This document shows, one piece after another, positions 9,604 to 20,573 of a DNA stretch of 64,000 nucleotides. Under the pieces are notes generated by a model. That model made no database searches, was not told where the DNA came from, and worked only from the letters and a program-made list of their open reading frames with translations. Each line of letters starts with the position of its first letter. Positions within the stretch are counted from its first letter, which is position 1. The translations under genes were made by a program, and so were the position numbers. Source of the stretch: an uncultured cyanobacterium (GTDB taxonomy: Bacteria > Cyanobacteriota > Cyanobacteriia > Cyanobacteriales > Nostocaceae); assembly GCA_963740315.1 (NCBI GenBank), contig CAVUDP010000002.1, positions 1,024,001 through 1,088,000 of the forward strand, read 5' to 3'.

Positions 9604-10098
9604 ATGTTAAATCAAAAATTAAAAAAGAATCGATACCGCCCAAAAGGGAAAAATTTAATTACGTCTAATAGAATTAAACCAGATTTATGGCGCATTTCGC
9701 CAACTGAAGCAAAAGTTGCTTTGAGAGCCACTGGTTTAGATGTCAAAGAAATTAAAAAAATTACTTTACTCAAATATAAGGTTTGTATTTCCTATTGGAA
9801 CGAAGAAGGTGGGGTTTGTAGTGGATTTTTCAGCTACCGCATTTTCCCAACTTGGCAAAGGGAAGTAGAAAAACTAATTGAAAACAGCCCTAATTTTAAA
9901 AAACTGCAATTGTTGAATCACATCATAGAGCGGGAATTTAAGTGTTATCCTTATCCTGTAGAGATGGAAGACGCAATTTATAACGCATTACAAAACCGCC
10001 TATGTGTATTAAAAGCAACAGCACAACAGACGGTTTCGGATGATGTAGGAATGGCTAGTGAATGGGAATATTTCAAACCTTTTGTATCCAGTTCCTAA
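9604..10098 (+). CDS. Hypothetical protein divergent from the XRE gene
   Basis: 164-aa ORF with ATG start and basic N-terminus; no family recognised. Confidence 0.7.
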   Translation: MLNQKLKKNRYRPKGKNLITSNRIKPDLWRISPTEAKVALRATGLDVKEIKKITLLKYKVCISYWNEEGGVCSGFFSYRIFPTWQREVEKLIENSPNFKKLQLLNHIIEREFKCYPYPVEMEDAIYNALQNRLCVLKATAQQTVSDDVGMASEWEYFKPFVSSS

Positions 10099-10119
10099 CT
10101 CTTTAACTTTCTATCAATA

Positions 10120-11217
10120 TTAATTTGTCACTGAAGCAGCAAGTTCCGCTAAACGTTCTTGTTGATCTTGAGATATACAAGATTGAATAATTGGGTCTAG
10201 ATCGCCTTCTAAAACCGGGCTTAGTGAATAGTTTTCACCAAGACGGTGGTCGGTGGCGCGACTGTCTTTGTAGTTGTAGGTGCGAATTTTCTCCGAACGC
10301 GATCCCGTACCTACTTGCGATCGCCTTAAATCGGTAACTTCTTCCTGTTGTTCGCGCAGTTTCATTTCATACAGTTTGGCACGGAGAATCTGTAAAGCCC
10401 GTTCTTTGTTTTGCAACTGGCTGCGTTCTTCGGTACAGAAAATTCTGATACCCGTAGGTTTGTGGTAAAGGTCTGCTGCTGTCTCAACTTTGTTAACGTT
10501 TTGTCCGCCAGCACCACCAGAACGAGCGGTGGACATTTCGTAATCTTTGGGGTCAATATGGATTTCCACATCATCCACTTCTGGCATTACTGCTACTGTA
10601 GCGGTGGAAGTGTGAACTCGCCCCCCAGACTCGGTTAAGGGTACGCGCTGCACCCGGTGAACTCCGGCTTCAAATTTGAGTTTACTGTAAACGCTATCGC
10701 CTTTAATTTCCAGAACTGCTTCTTTGAAACCGCCCATTTCAGCTAAGGACTCGCTAAGTAATTTTATTTTCCAGCCCTGAGTACTGGAATAGCGTTCATA
10801 CATACGTACCAAATCGCCAGCCCAGATGCTCGCTTCATCGCCACCCGTACCGGCACGAATTTCCAACATGATATTTTTATCATCGTTGGGATCGCGGGGT
10901 AAGAGCAATACTTTTAAGCGACTTTCGAGTTCTTCTGCTTTCTGTTCGAGTTCTTTAACTTCCAAAGCTGCCATTTCGTGCATCTCTGGGTCGCTTTGGG
11001 ATTCTTTGGCAACTTCACGAGCCCCAATTAATTCGGACTGGGTGTTTTTCCAAATTTCGTAGGTATTTACGACTTCTTCTAATCCAGAACGCGCCTTAGC
11101 AACTTCCTGGTACTCATCCGGGTTACTGGCGATATCTGGGTCGGCTAAGCGACGAGTCAATTCGTGAAATGTTTGTTCAACGGATTGTAGTTTCTCTAAC
11201 AAATATTGTTCAGCCAT
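10120..11217 (-). CDS. prfA: Peptide chain release factor 1
   Basis: GGQ motif, PxT (PLT) motif, EIRAGTGG. Confidence 0.97.
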   Translation of the reverse strand: MAEQYLLEKLQSVEQTFHELTRRLADPDIASNPDEYQEVAKARSGLEEVVNTYEIWKNTQSELIGAREVAKESQSDPEMHEMAALEVKELEQKAEELESRLKVLLLPRDPNDDKNIMLEIRAGTGGDEASIWAGDLVRMYERYSSTQGWKIKLLSESLAEMGGFKEAVLEIKGDSVYSKLKFEAGVHRVQRVPLTESGGRVHTSTATVAVMPEVDDVEIHIDPKDYEMSTARSGGAGGQNVNKVETAADLYHKPTGIRIFCTEERSQLQNKERALQILRAKLYEMKLREQQEEVTDLRRSQVGTGSRSEKIRTYNYKDSRATDHRLGENYSLSPVLEGDLDPIIQSCISQDQQERLAELAASVTN

Positions 11218-11261
11218 GACGGTGCAACGCTCCTAAAAAAATAGTTCTACAGGCAAAGACG

Positions 11262-11289
11262 AAAAAATCGACTCAGTAAAGCTGAGTCG
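11262..11289 (-). terminator. Rho-independent terminator after rpmE
   Basis: CGACTCAG-N5-CTGAGTCG stem followed by a U-tract on the minus strand. Confidence 0.6.
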
Positions 11290-11313
11290 TTCGATTGGAG
11301 TATTGCCTATAAG

Positions 11314-11616
11314 CTATTTCTGTTCTTCGTCGCCTTTATTTTCGTCGCTTTTATTTTCGTCGGCTTTATTTTCTTCAGCTTTATTTTCGTCGGCTTTCTT
11401 AGTTTGACTGCTAGACATACCGTATTTACGCAGGAAGCGTTCTACGCGACCTTCGGTATCAATAATCTTCTGAGTACCTGTATAAAAGGGGTGATTTCCA
11501 GACCAAACATCGACGTGTAATTCGGGTTTAGTGGAGCCAACGGTCATTACAACTTGACCGTTACAGTAAACTTTGGCTTCTGGATACCACTCTGGATGAA
11601 TTTCTGGTTTTGCCAT
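11314..11616 (-). CDS. rpmE: 50S ribosomal protein L31 with repetitive acidic tail
   Basis: MAKPEIHP...DVWSGNHPFYTG; start set at ATG 11616. Confidence 0.96.
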   Translation of the reverse strand: MAKPEIHPEWYPEAKVYCNGQVVMTVGSTKPELHVDVWSGNHPFYTGTQKIIDTEGRVERFLRKYGMSSSQTKKADENKAEENKADENKSDENKGDEEQK

Positions 11617-11701
11617 TTTTCGTACTGAATGGTGAGTGTATATCAATTATGACCTATCCAACTTCAATTTTTAAAATATAGAGTTGGCAAAGGTTCATAT
11701 A

Positions 11702-12130
11702 TTAACGTTTGGAGTACTGAGGTGCTTTACGAGCTTTATGCAAACCGTACTTTTTACGTTCTTTGGCTCTGGGATCGCGAGTCAGATAACCTTCGCTTTT
11801 TAGGGGCGATCGATTATCTGGGTCGAGTTGACACAAAGCGCGGGCTACTCCCAAACGCACTGCATCCGACTGTCCTGTTAAACCGCCACCGTTGGCTTTA
11901 ACTAAAATATCGTATTCGTTTTCCAATCCCAATGTTTCTAAAGGCGCTTTAATTCCTCCAATATAGTTGGGGTTGAATTGGAAATACAAATCGCCTTCTT
12001 TACCGTTGACGGTCATTTTTCCATTACCTGGAACCAGGCGTACTCTTGCGACTGAGGACTTGCGACGACCAGTTCCCCAATATACGGCACGACCGCTATC
12101 GGTATCTGTTGCTTGATCTGTTGCTTGCAT
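11702..12130 (-). CDS. rpsI: 30S ribosomal protein S9
   Basis: GTGRRK...KAPQYSKR. Confidence 0.98.
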   Translation of the reverse strand: MQATDQATDTDSGRAVYWGTGRRKSSVARVRLVPGNGKMTVNGKEGDLYFQFNPNYIGGIKAPLETLGLENEYDILVKANGGGLTGQSDAVRLGVARALCQLDPDNRSPLKSEGYLTRDPRAKERKKYGLHKARKAPQYSKR

Positions 12131-12585
12131 TAATTTTGTTCTCCTGGAATTGTGTTGATTTTTAGTTCTTGGGGCTGTTGAGCGGAATGAGGATGAACCG
12201 AACCCGCATAAACTTTGAGCTTCTTGAATAACTGTCGCCCTAAAACGTTTTTAGGCAACATACCTTTAACAGCTTTTTCAATAATACGTTCTGGCAAACG
12301 TGCTTGTAAGTGTTCAAAGGTTTCTGTTTTCATCCCGCCGGGACGACCGGAGTGACGACGATAAAGTTTCTGGGAACTCTTTTTACCAGTTACTACAACT
12401 TTTTCAGCATTAACGACAACCACAAAGTCGCCTGCATCCATATGAGGAGTAAATTGTGGTTTATTTTTGCCACGTAAAATCATGGCAATTTCAGTAGCTA
12501 AACGACCGAGGCGTTGGTCGGCAGCATCTACTACATACCAATCTCTCTCTACGGTTTCCTGTTTGGGAAGATATGTTTTGTTCAT
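12130..12585 (-). CDS. rplM: 50S ribosomal protein L13
   Basis: WYVVDA...LGRLA...RHSGRPGG. Confidence 0.98.
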   Translation of the reverse strand: MNKTYLPKQETVERDWYVVDAADQRLGRLATEIAMILRGKNKPQFTPHMDAGDFVVVVNAEKVVVTGKKSSQKLYRRHSGRPGGMKTETFEHLQARLPERIIEKAVKGMLPKNVLGRQLFKKLKVYAGSVHPHSAQQPQELKINTIPGEQN

Positions 12586-12671
12586 TTCGGTTTTACTTGT
12601 TAATTTTCGTTTCTCATAATTTAATATACTTTTTTAACCAGTGATTTTACCTATATTTTTATCTAAATTAG

Positions 12672-13505
12672 CTAATAATCATCTGGAAAATTAAATAAGG
12701 GTTGAGTATCGTACCAAATTTCAGGAGGAAAAGGAAAATCATCATAGCCTACCCGCAACAAACACAAACCTTGTGGAGGTGCGGCATATTTGACTTCCTC
12801 TCGACGCTCTTGTTGCCAGATTTGAGTAAAATTCTCTAAAGTTAGCTCTCTAGTAGCAACTTGAACCAACATTCCTACCAACAAACGAACCATACCATAT
12901 AGAAATCCATCTGCTTGAATTTCAATATGTACTAATGCCCCACGACGATAGCATTCTACGGCTTGTACGTTTACCCACGAATGCTTGCGCCCGGAATTAG
13001 CACGGTGAAAAGCTGCTAGGTGATGCTTTCCAATTAAAGGTTTGAGCGCAGAATAAATTAAGGATTCATCTAAGGGAGCATGATAATAATGCCAGCTGAA
13101 GGGTTTCACAAATAGATTGGGTAGTTTCTCGTTGTATAGCGTGTAACGATATCGGCGATACGTTGCGCTAAAACGAGCATGCCAATCATTGTTAACACCT
13201 GCCGAAGCCCTAATCAATATACCCGACGGTAAGTAACCATTTAAAATAGATGCCCACTTTGATGGTGGAATCTTACTTATAATATTGAAATGAGCTACTT
13301 GAGCGGCGGCGTGAACTCCACTATCTGTTCTCCCGGCACCATATAAGGTTATGCGCGATCCTGCTACAGTAGAAATTGCTTTTTCAATTTCTTCCTGAAC
13401 GCTACGATATTTGGGCTGCCATTGCCAACCATGAAAATGAGTGCCTTGATATTGGATTACCAAAGCAACCCTTTGAGTAAGTTCGGGTGGTTGGCTTAGA
13501 GACAT
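12672..13505 (-). CDS. truA: tRNA pseudouridine(38-40) synthase
   Basis: AGRTDSGVHA, FLYGMVR. Confidence 0.96.
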   Translation of the reverse strand: MSLSQPPELTQRVALVIQYQGTHFHGWQWQPKYRSVQEEIEKAISTVAGSRITLYGAGRTDSGVHAAAQVAHFNIISKIPPSKWASILNGYLPSGILIRASAGVNNDWHARFSATYRRYRYTLYNEKLPNLFVKPFSWHYYHAPLDESLIYSALKPLIGKHHLAAFHRANSGRKHSWVNVQAVECYRRGALVHIEIQADGFLYGMVRLLVGMLVQVATRELTLENFTQIWQQERREEVKYAAPPQGLCLLRVGYDDFPFPPEIWYDTQPLFNFPDDY

Positions 13506-13553
13506 ACAATTAAATTAAGGATGTTGTTCCAAAAAACTACATCCTTATCCTTT

Positions 13554-13904
13554 TTAGACTAGTTCGATAATTGCCATTTGGGCATTGTCGCCGCGACGAG
13601 GCACTGTATGCAATATTCGGGTATAGCCTCCGTTGCGATCGCCATATCTAGTGGGGACTTGTTCAAACAAAGCGTGAACCAAATCTTTGTCGTAAAGGTA
13701 GCCAATAGCTTGACGGCGTGCGTCTAAAGAACCGTTTTTGGCTAGGGTAATCATTTTATCTACTTCTGCTCGCACCACTTTAGCTCGGGCTATGGTAGTA
13801 GTGATTCGTCCGTGACGAATTACTTCGGTAGAAAGCGCTCGTAATAAGGCACGGCGCTGATCGGCTGGTTTGCTTAGTTTTTTGAGTTTAGAACGGTGAC
13901 GCAT
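13554..13904 (-). CDS. rplQ: 50S ribosomal protein L17
   Basis: MRHR...RNGGYTRI...RRGDNA. Confidence 0.98.
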   Translation of the reverse strand: MRHRSKLKKLSKPADQRRALLRALSTEVIRHGRITTTIARAKVVRAEVDKMITLAKNGSLDARRQAIGYLYDKDLVHALFEQVPTRYGDRNGGYTRILHTVPRRGDNAQMAIIELV

Positions 13905-13940
13905 GGTGGAAATGGGCGTGTTTGTAATTTCTTGTTCAAT

Positions 13941-14888
13941 TTAAGCGTGTTTTGAAGCTCTTTCTGTTGGCAGAGTAATGCCCAAGCGTCGCTGCAAAGC
14001 TTCTACTACTTCTTCTGCTGACTTCTGACCGAAGTTTTTAATTTCTAAGAGGTCTTCTTGGGTATAATCTAATAAGTCGGCTACCGAGTTCACTTGCGCC
14101 CGCTTCAGACAGTTGTAAGCTCGCACGGAAAGCTGCAATTCTTCGATCGGTATTTGAGCGGTTGGATCTTGGTCAATTTCGGAAACCGTATCCTCTGAGT
14201 TAATTTCGATATTTTTCAGCGGATTAAATAAATCTACTAAAATAGCCGCAGCAGAAGAAAGCGCTTCTTGGGGAGCAATACTACCGTTTGTCCAGACTTC
14301 TAAAAGCAGTCTATCTTTGGGGTACCCATTCTCTCCACGAGTGTCTTCAACGCTGTAATTAACTTTCCGCACCGGCATAAAAATCGAATCTATTTGCAGA
14401 AAATCCAGGGATGTAGCTTCTTCACGACCTCTTTCTACCGTGCGATAGCCTTTACCCTTCTCAATCCGAAATTCCATTTCCAGCCTGCCACCTTCTGCTA
14501 AGGTCGCTATATACTGGGTCTGGTCGATGACTTCTACTTCACTTGGTAAATCAAAGTGCGCTGCGGTAACTGTTGCAGGACCGTTCACAAGCAATCTACC
14601 AATTTGAGGTTGAGGGGAATGGCTTTTGAGAATAAGTTCTTTCATTCTCATAAGGATTTCTAACACATCTTCCCGCACGCCTTTAACGGTGGCAAATTCA
14701 TGAGTTACCCCCGCAATTCGTACTGCTGTAACTGATGTCCCCTCTAAATTAGACAGTAAAACCCGTCGCAGAGCGTTGCCAACGGTTGTTCCTTGACCTC
14801 TTTCTAAAGGTTCCAATACAAATTTAGAATAGTGGCTCCGACTTTCTTCTGTATTAGACTCTACACATTCAATTTGAAACTGCGCCAC
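13941..14888 (-). CDS. rpoA: RNA polymerase alpha subunit
   Basis: EPLERGQGTTVGNALRRVLL; alpha-CTD LSVRAYNCLKR. Confidence 0.98.
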   Translation of the reverse strand: MAQFQIECVESNTEESRSHYSKFVLEPLERGQGTTVGNALRRVLLSNLEGTSVTAVRIAGVTHEFATVKGVREDVLEILMRMKELILKSHSPQPQIGRLLVNGPATVTAAHFDLPSEVEVIDQTQYIATLAEGGRLEMEFRIEKGKGYRTVERGREEATSLDFLQIDSIFMPVRKVNYSVEDTRGENGYPKDRLLLEVWTNGSIAPQEALSSAAAILVDLFNPLKNIEINSEDTVSEIDQDPTAQIPIEELQLSVRAYNCLKRAQVNSVADLLDYTQEDLLEIKNFGQKSAEEVVEALQRRLGITLPTERASKHA

Positions 14889-15185
14889 GGAGTAACCTCC
14901 CTTCTGAATCAGATCCTATAGCCTTCGGTAAGTCTTTAATTATTCCCTACCCAAACATGATTAATGCCCGAATTGCGGTTTTTGATTATCAAATCGATAA
15001 TTTTCATCGCCACCGGGACGTTATTTATTTTTTATCAAGATGCGAAATTTCATAGCTTTTTGGGTTAGAGCTATTTTATTTCTACGGACAACCGCTTTCT
15101 TCTGAGGGAAGTTTCGGCTTGCGGCAAATGTAATATCATGTTGCTTTGTTTAAGAGCGATCGATGCATACTCATTGCCGAGAGCT

Positions 15186-15581
15186 TTAAACTCTACGTCG
15201 CTTCGGTGGACGGCAACCGTTGTGAGGTATTGGGGTGATATCCCTAATTAAGGTTATTTCCAGTCCCGCTCCTTGAATCGCCCGGATAGCTGTTTCTCGA
15301 CCGGCTCCCGGACCGCTTACCATTACTTCTATCTGACGCATACCTTGATCCATCGCTCTTCTTGCTGCACTCTCAGCTGCTGTTTGAGCGGCAAAAGGCG
15401 TTCCTTTTTTTGCTCCCTTAAAACCACTTGAACCAGCAGAAGCCCAGGATATTACATCTCCATTGGGGTCGGTAATGGTAACGATGCTATTGTTGAAAGT
15501 AGACTGGATAAAGCCGATTCCATTAGGTACGTTACGCTTCTGTTTTCTGCTTCCGCCTTTTTTTCCTGATTGTCGTGCCAT
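15186..15581 (-). CDS. rpsK: 30S ribosomal protein S11
   Basis: STFNN...[16 protein letters not shown]. Confidence 0.98.
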   Translation of the reverse strand: MARQSGKKGGSRKQKRNVPNGIGFIQSTFNNSIVTITDPNGDVISWASAGSSGFKGAKKGTPFAAQTAAESAARRAMDQGMRQIEVMVSGPGAGRETAIRAIQGAGLEITLIRDITPIPHNGCRPPKRRRV

Positions 15582-15647
15582 ATCGTTATAGTTTAATTAA
15601 GGTAGAAAATCGATTGTCTAAGCGGCATCGAAAAATAATTAATTATT

Positions 15648-16028
15648 TTATTTACCTGGTGCCTTCTTCTTACCAGCTACTGTCTGCCTTCTTCCCCGAC
15701 GAGTTCTGGCATTAGTACGAGTTCTTTGACCTCTAACTGGCAAGCCCATACGGTGACGGCGACCTCTGTAAGTACCAATATCAACCAAGCGTTTGATATT
15801 CATCGCTTCCCAGCGCCTTAAATCACCTTCCACCTGATAGTTTTTCTCTACCTCACCTCGTAAGGTTGCGACATCACTATCGCTCAAATCTTTAACTCTG
15901 GTATCGGGATCGACACCCGTACTCGCCAATATTTTGTGCGAGCTTGTTAAGCCGATTCCAAAAATGTAAGTTAGACCTATTTCAATCCGCTTGTCGCGCG
16001 GTAAGTCTATTCCGGCAATACGTGCCAT
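15648..16028 (-). CDS. rpsM: 30S ribosomal protein S13
   Basis: MARIAG...[16 protein letters not shown]. Confidence 0.98.
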   Translation of the reverse strand: MARIAGIDLPRDKRIEIGLTYIFGIGLTSSHKILASTGVDPDTRVKDLSDSDVATLRGEVEKNYQVEGDLRRWEAMNIKRLVDIGTYRGRRHRMGLPVRGQRTRTNARTRRGRRQTVAGKKKAPGK

Positions 16029-16304
16029 TATAGAAGTCTCCTAATGTTTAATATTCATCTATACTGTGGCTTTAATGTCCAGATGCTGCCAATAAAGTAC
16101 ATCCGAACAATGAATCATACCTTTAATTGCCAACAGAATTTTGCTTCAAGTAACAGCTGTATTGGTTCCTCGTTCTGCCAAACTATAAGAGCGATCGATC
16201 TAAGAATTTGCAATTGTTCTTCTTGCTAAAAACCAAAATCTAAAATAGGACGGCAGATGTCGATTTTACCAAAAGCCGATCGAAACCTTCTTCTCGTAGC
16301 GGTA

Positions 16305-16418
16305 TTATCCCTGACGTTGCTTGTGCTTCGGATTTGGACAAATAACCATTACGCGACCGCGCCGTTTGATCACGCTGCACTTCTCGCACATTTTCTTTAC
16401 GGAGGCTCTTACTTTCAT
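16305..16418 (-). CDS. rpmJ: 50S ribosomal protein L36 (zinc-ribbon form); not in ORF track
   Basis: Manual translation [37 protein letters not shown]. Confidence 0.97.
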   Translation of the reverse strand: MKVRASVKKMCEKCSVIKRRGRVMVICPNPKHKQRQG

Positions 16419-16530
16419 TGCCTTCTTAATTAACTCCAAATAGTAAATTATAACACGAAATACGAAAATTTTCCGTTAAATGGGTGTAAGACAAAAAATC
16501 TTAGATTGTAGTATAATATTCAACATAAGC

Positions 16531-16755
16531 TTACTTCTTACGCAAACGATAGGTAATTCGACCTTTTGTGAGGTCATAAGGGGTTAACTCGACTTTCACG
16601 CGATCGCCAGGTAGAATTTTGATATAGTTGCGGCGAATTTTGCCAGAAATGTGAGCTAAAACGTTAAAGCCGTTATCTAGGTCTACACGGAACATGGCAT
16701 TAGGCAACGATTCTGTCACCGTGCCTTCCATTTCAATTAAATCTTGTTTGGACAA
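16531..16755 (-). CDS. infA: Translation initiation factor IF-1
   Basis: LPNAMFRV...GRITYR; TTG start. Confidence 0.98.
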
Positions 16756-16952
16756 TTTGTTTTTCCTTCAACTTAACAGTCTTTTTGATTGCAGTTGCCG
16801 AAACTGCATTTGTTGCGATCGTTTGTATCAACAATTTATTAATATATCTTATTCAAAGTTTTATTGCCGAAATGGCGGGCGCGTGGTTAATTGCTAGTAG
16901 ATAGTTGTTGGAGTAAAAAACTAACTACTAACAGCGCGGGCTTCTAACACTT

Positions 16953-17510
16953 CTAACAACTGACAATTAAATCTTTGAGGTTAGAAGTAACTTCTCCCTC
17001 GGATTTATTGCCATCGATTACGACTAACTGTTTGCGATCGCCGTAATAATCAATTAAAGGTGTAGTTTCAGAACGGTAAACTTGAAGACGACGACGAATA
17101 ACAACTTCGGTATCATCTTTTCGTCCCCGTTCTAACAAACGCCCTACTACCACATCATCTGGCACATCTAGGTTGACCACCATTGCGCCATCTAAATTCA
17201 TTTTTTGCAACAAATTATCTAAAAAAATAGCTTGATTAACGGTGCGGGGAAAACCGTCAAGAATCCATCCGGAACTAGTATCCGCCATGTGCAAGCGTTC
17301 GGACACCATGTCCTGCACTAATTCATTAGGAACTAGCTGACCGCTATCTACATAGCTTTTAGCTTTAACCCCTAAAGGTGTTTGTTGTTTAATTGCTTCG
17401 CGGAGAATATCGCCAGTAGAAATATGAGGAACTTGCCAATGCTGGGCTAAATTTTTAGCTTGAGTTCCCTTACCAGCTCCGGGTGGTCCTAAAAAGATGA
17501 TTCGCGTCAT
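16953..17510 (-). CDS. adk: Adenylate kinase (short-LID type)
   Basis: GPPGAGKGTQA, LDGFPRT, RKDD. Confidence 0.96.
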   Translation of the reverse strand: MTRIIFLGPPGAGKGTQAKNLAQHWQVPHISTGDILREAIKQQTPLGVKAKSYVDSGQLVPNELVQDMVSERLHMADTSSGWILDGFPRTVNQAIFLDNLLQKMNLDGAMVVNLDVPDDVVVGRLLERGRKDDTEVVIRRRLQVYRSETTPLIDYYGDRKQLVVIDGNKSEGEVTSNLKDLIVSC

Positions 17511-17670
17511 TTGATTTTGAATTGTCCTCTTCTTGAAAGAATAGGCTTACGGATGCACAAATTTTAGATTTTAAATCAATATTCTAAGATTTGATAATTT
17601 TAGATTATCTCTTGAATAATACGCGATCGTACTTGTTTTTTAATCTAAAATCCAAAATTGAGTCAGGTCA

Positions 17671-18984
17671 CTATTGTTTCACCATCCCTTCATAACGTTG
17701 AGAGATAACATAGGTTTGGACTTGTTTAGCAGTATCAATAGCTACACCTACCAAAATTAATAAAGATGTAGCACCCAAACCTCGGAAAGTTGTTACATTC
17801 AATGTTTGTTCCACAACAGTAGGAATAATCGCAACCAATCCCAAGAAGCCAGCACCTAAAAAGGTAAGTCGATTAATTGTTCTTTCTAAATATTCGCTTG
17901 TTGCTTTACCAGGACGAATTCCCGGAATAGAAGAACCCATTTTCTTCAAATTCTGAGCAATATCAACTGGATTGACAATCAAGGAAGAATAGAAGTAGCT
18001 AAAGAAAATAATTGAAAACAGATATATTAGTGCGTAAGCCCACCAGTGACTACCATTTGGACTTAGATAGCTGCTTGTAAAGTTAGCTATTTGCTGATTT
18101 TTAGTAAAGTTGCCAATTAAAAGCGGTAAGCTCAAAATTGCAGTTGCAAAAATAATCGGCATTACTCCACCCTGATTGAGTCGCAGGGGTAAGAAGCTGC
18201 GCTGTTCGGCGAGAACTCTTCTGCCTACTTGTCGTCTAGCCGAAATAATAGGAATGCGGCGCATTCCTTCTTGCACAAATACAATACCGACAATTGTTGC
18301 TAAGAAAAGCAGTAACAATACAACTACTTGACCTACTGCTTGACGACCTCCAATTTGAGCAAAGGTAATGGTACTGCCCAAAGTTTTAGGTAGGGAAGAC
18401 ACAATGTTAAGGAAAATAAGTAATGAAGCTCCATTACCAATTCCTCTTTCTGTAATTACTTCCGATGCCCACATCACGAACATCGAACCAGCAACAAGAG
18501 CTAAAGCAGTCTCAAACACGAAAACCGGACCGAAGTCAATCGCAAAGCCTTTCAACCAAACTGCACTAATAAATATGCTCTGCACGATTGCCCAACCCAA
18601 AGCCACATATCGTGTAATTTGAGAAATCTTTCGTCTTCCAGCTTCACCTTCGTCTTTCTGTAACTTTTCTAAACTTGGAATAGCAGCCGTGAGTAGTTGG
18701 ATGATAATCGAAGCATTGATAAAGGGTAGAATACCAAGAGTGAAGACTCCCAGAGCAGAAAATCCACCACCAGAAAAGATATCCAGAATGCCTCCCAACC
18801 CATTACCTTGTGCAAGCGAGGCACCAAAAGCTTGACGGTCTATTCCTGGAATAGGTATATAGATACCCAAACGAATCAAAAGTAAAATACCTATGGTCAC
18901 AAACAGCCGACCTCTTAAACCGGCTGCTTGCGCCATCTGCATAAAAGTTTCTTGAGCGGAAGGAGCTTTATCTCGACTTATCAT
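17671..18984 (-). CDS. secY: Preprotein translocase SecY
   Basis: GIGNGASL, IPGIRPG, multiple TM helices; operon position. Confidence 0.98.
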   Translation of the reverse strand: MISRDKAPSAQETFMQMAQAAGLRGRLFVTIGILLLIRLGIYIPIPGIDRQAFGASLAQGNGLGGILDIFSGGGFSALGVFTLGILPFINASIIIQLLTAAIPSLEKLQKDEGEAGRRKISQITRYVALGWAIVQSIFISAVWLKGFAIDFGPVFVFETALALVAGSMFVMWASEVITERGIGNGASLLIFLNIVSSLPKTLGSTITFAQIGGRQAVGQVVVLLLLFLATIVGIVFVQEGMRRIPIISARRQVGRRVLAEQRSFLPLRLNQGGVMPIIFATAILSLPLLIGNFTKNQQIANFTSSYLSPNGSHWWAYALIYLFSIIFFSYFYSSLIVNPVDIAQNLKKMGSSIPGIRPGKATSEYLERTINRLTFLGAGFLGLVAIIPTVVEQTLNVTTFRGLGATSLLILVGVAIDTAKQVQTYVISQRYEGMVKQ

Positions 18985-19069
18985 AATGACGGTCTACCTC
19001 ACAATTGTTAACCAGGCTTTAGATGGCGTTCGTAAGAAGACTGCTTGTAGTGCTTTTATGCTGACTCAC

Positions 19070-19513
19070 TTATACAACTTCACAACTGCCACCCGCTGCC
19101 TCAATTTTGCTACGAGCCGTACCCGTAAAAGCTGCGGCTTGTACTTTTAGAGCAACATTCAATTCTCCATCTCCAAGAATTTTTAATGCTCCTTGTACGG
19201 CAGTGAGAATACCATTCTCTTGCAACGAGGTCGCATTAACTTCTGTATTTGCTGGGAGTGAAGATAGCTTCTCTACATTAATCGTAGTGTATATTTTACG
19301 ATTAATGAGGGGAAAACCTTTAAGTTTGGGTACCCGACGGTAAAGGGGCTGCTGACCACCTTCAAAACCCGGTCTGGTTCCTCTACCGGAACGAGATTTT
19401 TGACCCCGCATACCGAAGCCGCAGCTAGCGCCTTGACCCGCTGCAATACCTCGTCCAACGCGGCGACCGCGATTTTTGGAACCCTTTTGAGGGCGAGCAT
19501 CGTGTAGTCTCAT
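19070..19513 (-). CDS. rplO: 50S ribosomal protein L15
   Basis: [15 protein letters not shown]. Confidence 0.98.
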   Translation of the reverse strand: MRLHDARPQKGSKNRGRRVGRGIAAGQGASCGFGMRGQKSRSGRGTRPGFEGGQQPLYRRVPKLKGFPLINRKIYTTINVEKLSSLPANTEVNATSLQENGILTAVQGALKILGDGELNVALKVQAAAFTGTARSKIEAAGGSCEVV

Positions 19514-19561
19514 AATTAGTTTTTTTTGTATTAATTTACACGATTAATCGTAAATACAACT

Positions 19562-20089
19562 CTACTGGGCGTAGAGCTTTTCAATAGCAACACCTCTGTC
19601 TTCAGCGACTTCACTGAAGTTACGCAATACCGCAAGAGCGTTCATTGCTGCTCTGGCATTGTTTAGAGGATTGTTAGACCCAAGTTGTTTTGCCAAGACG
19701 TTGCGAACGCCAGCCAATTCCAATACGGTACGCACCGCACCACCAGCAATTACACCAGTACCGGGTGCTGCGGGTCGCATGATGACTTTAGCACCGCCAC
19801 CAATACCGTTAGTGGGATGAGGAATAGAATTTGATTTAGTAATTGGAATATCTACCAAATGTTTTTTACCATCGGCTACGCCTTTTTTCACGGCTCCGAT
19901 GACATCGCTAGCTTTACCTACTCCAACACCAACTTGACCGCGTTCGTTACCAACGACTACAATTGCCCGGAAGCTGAGTTTTTTACCTCCTTTGACAACT
20001 TTACTTACCCGTCGGATTTGAATTACTCGCTCTTGCCAGTTGGTTTCTTCTTTTTTAGCTCGGCTCGTTTTACGACGATTGTTTGCCAT
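19562..20089 (-). CDS. rpsE: 30S ribosomal protein S5
   Basis: [18 protein letters not shown]. Confidence 0.98.
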   Translation of the reverse strand: MANNRRKTSRAKKEETNWQERVIQIRRVSKVVKGGKKLSFRAIVVVGNERGQVGVGVGKASDVIGAVKKGVADGKKHLVDIPITKSNSIPHPTNGIGGGAKVIMRPAAPGTGVIAGGAVRTVLELAGVRNVLAKQLGSNNPLNNARAAMNALAVLRNFSEVAEDRGVAIEKLYAQ

Positions 20090-20199
20090 GTTTAAATGCT
20101 CTGTGTATTTACTTATCGGTTGCCTTTCAATTAGTAATAAATAATCAAATAAATTGTTATTTACCGCTTTTATTAATCGCCGATAAACTTAGACGTTAC

Positions 20200-20562
20200 C
20201 TAGAAACTTAAACCAGCTTCTCGTGCTGCATCAGCTAAAGCCTTGACACGTCCGTGGTAAAGGTTGCCTCCACGGTCGAAAACGACTTGGTTTATACCTT
20301 TTTCCAAGGCTCGTGCAGCTAATGTCTTACCAACTTCAGTAGAAGCCTGTTGATTAGAACCAGATTCCAATTTCGATTTTAATTCGGGTTCTATACTCGA
20401 TGCTGTAGCCAAAGTCTTTTGTAAGGTATCGTCTATCACTTGAGCGTAAATATGCTCGTTAGAGCGATACACTGCCAAACGCGGACGATCGCTTGACCCA
20501 AATACTTTGCCTCTGATGCGTCGATGACGACGGTTTCTTGATTTTGTGCGGGTAATTTTCAT
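20200..20562 (-). CDS. rplR: 50S ribosomal protein L18
   Basis: [21 protein letters not shown]. Confidence 0.98.
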   Translation of the reverse strand: MKITRTKSRNRRHRRIRGKVFGSSDRPRLAVYRSNEHIYAQVIDDTLQKTLATASSIEPELKSKLESGSNQQASTEVGKTLAARALEKGINQVVFDRGGNLYHGRVKALADAAREAGLSF

Positions 20563-20573
20563 GATTTAACGAT

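Noticed and set aside
10630..10650. RF1 specificity motif PLT rather than PAT/PVT
   Set aside because: It still fits PxT; there is no sign of stop-codon reassignment, since genes end in TAA, TAG and TGA
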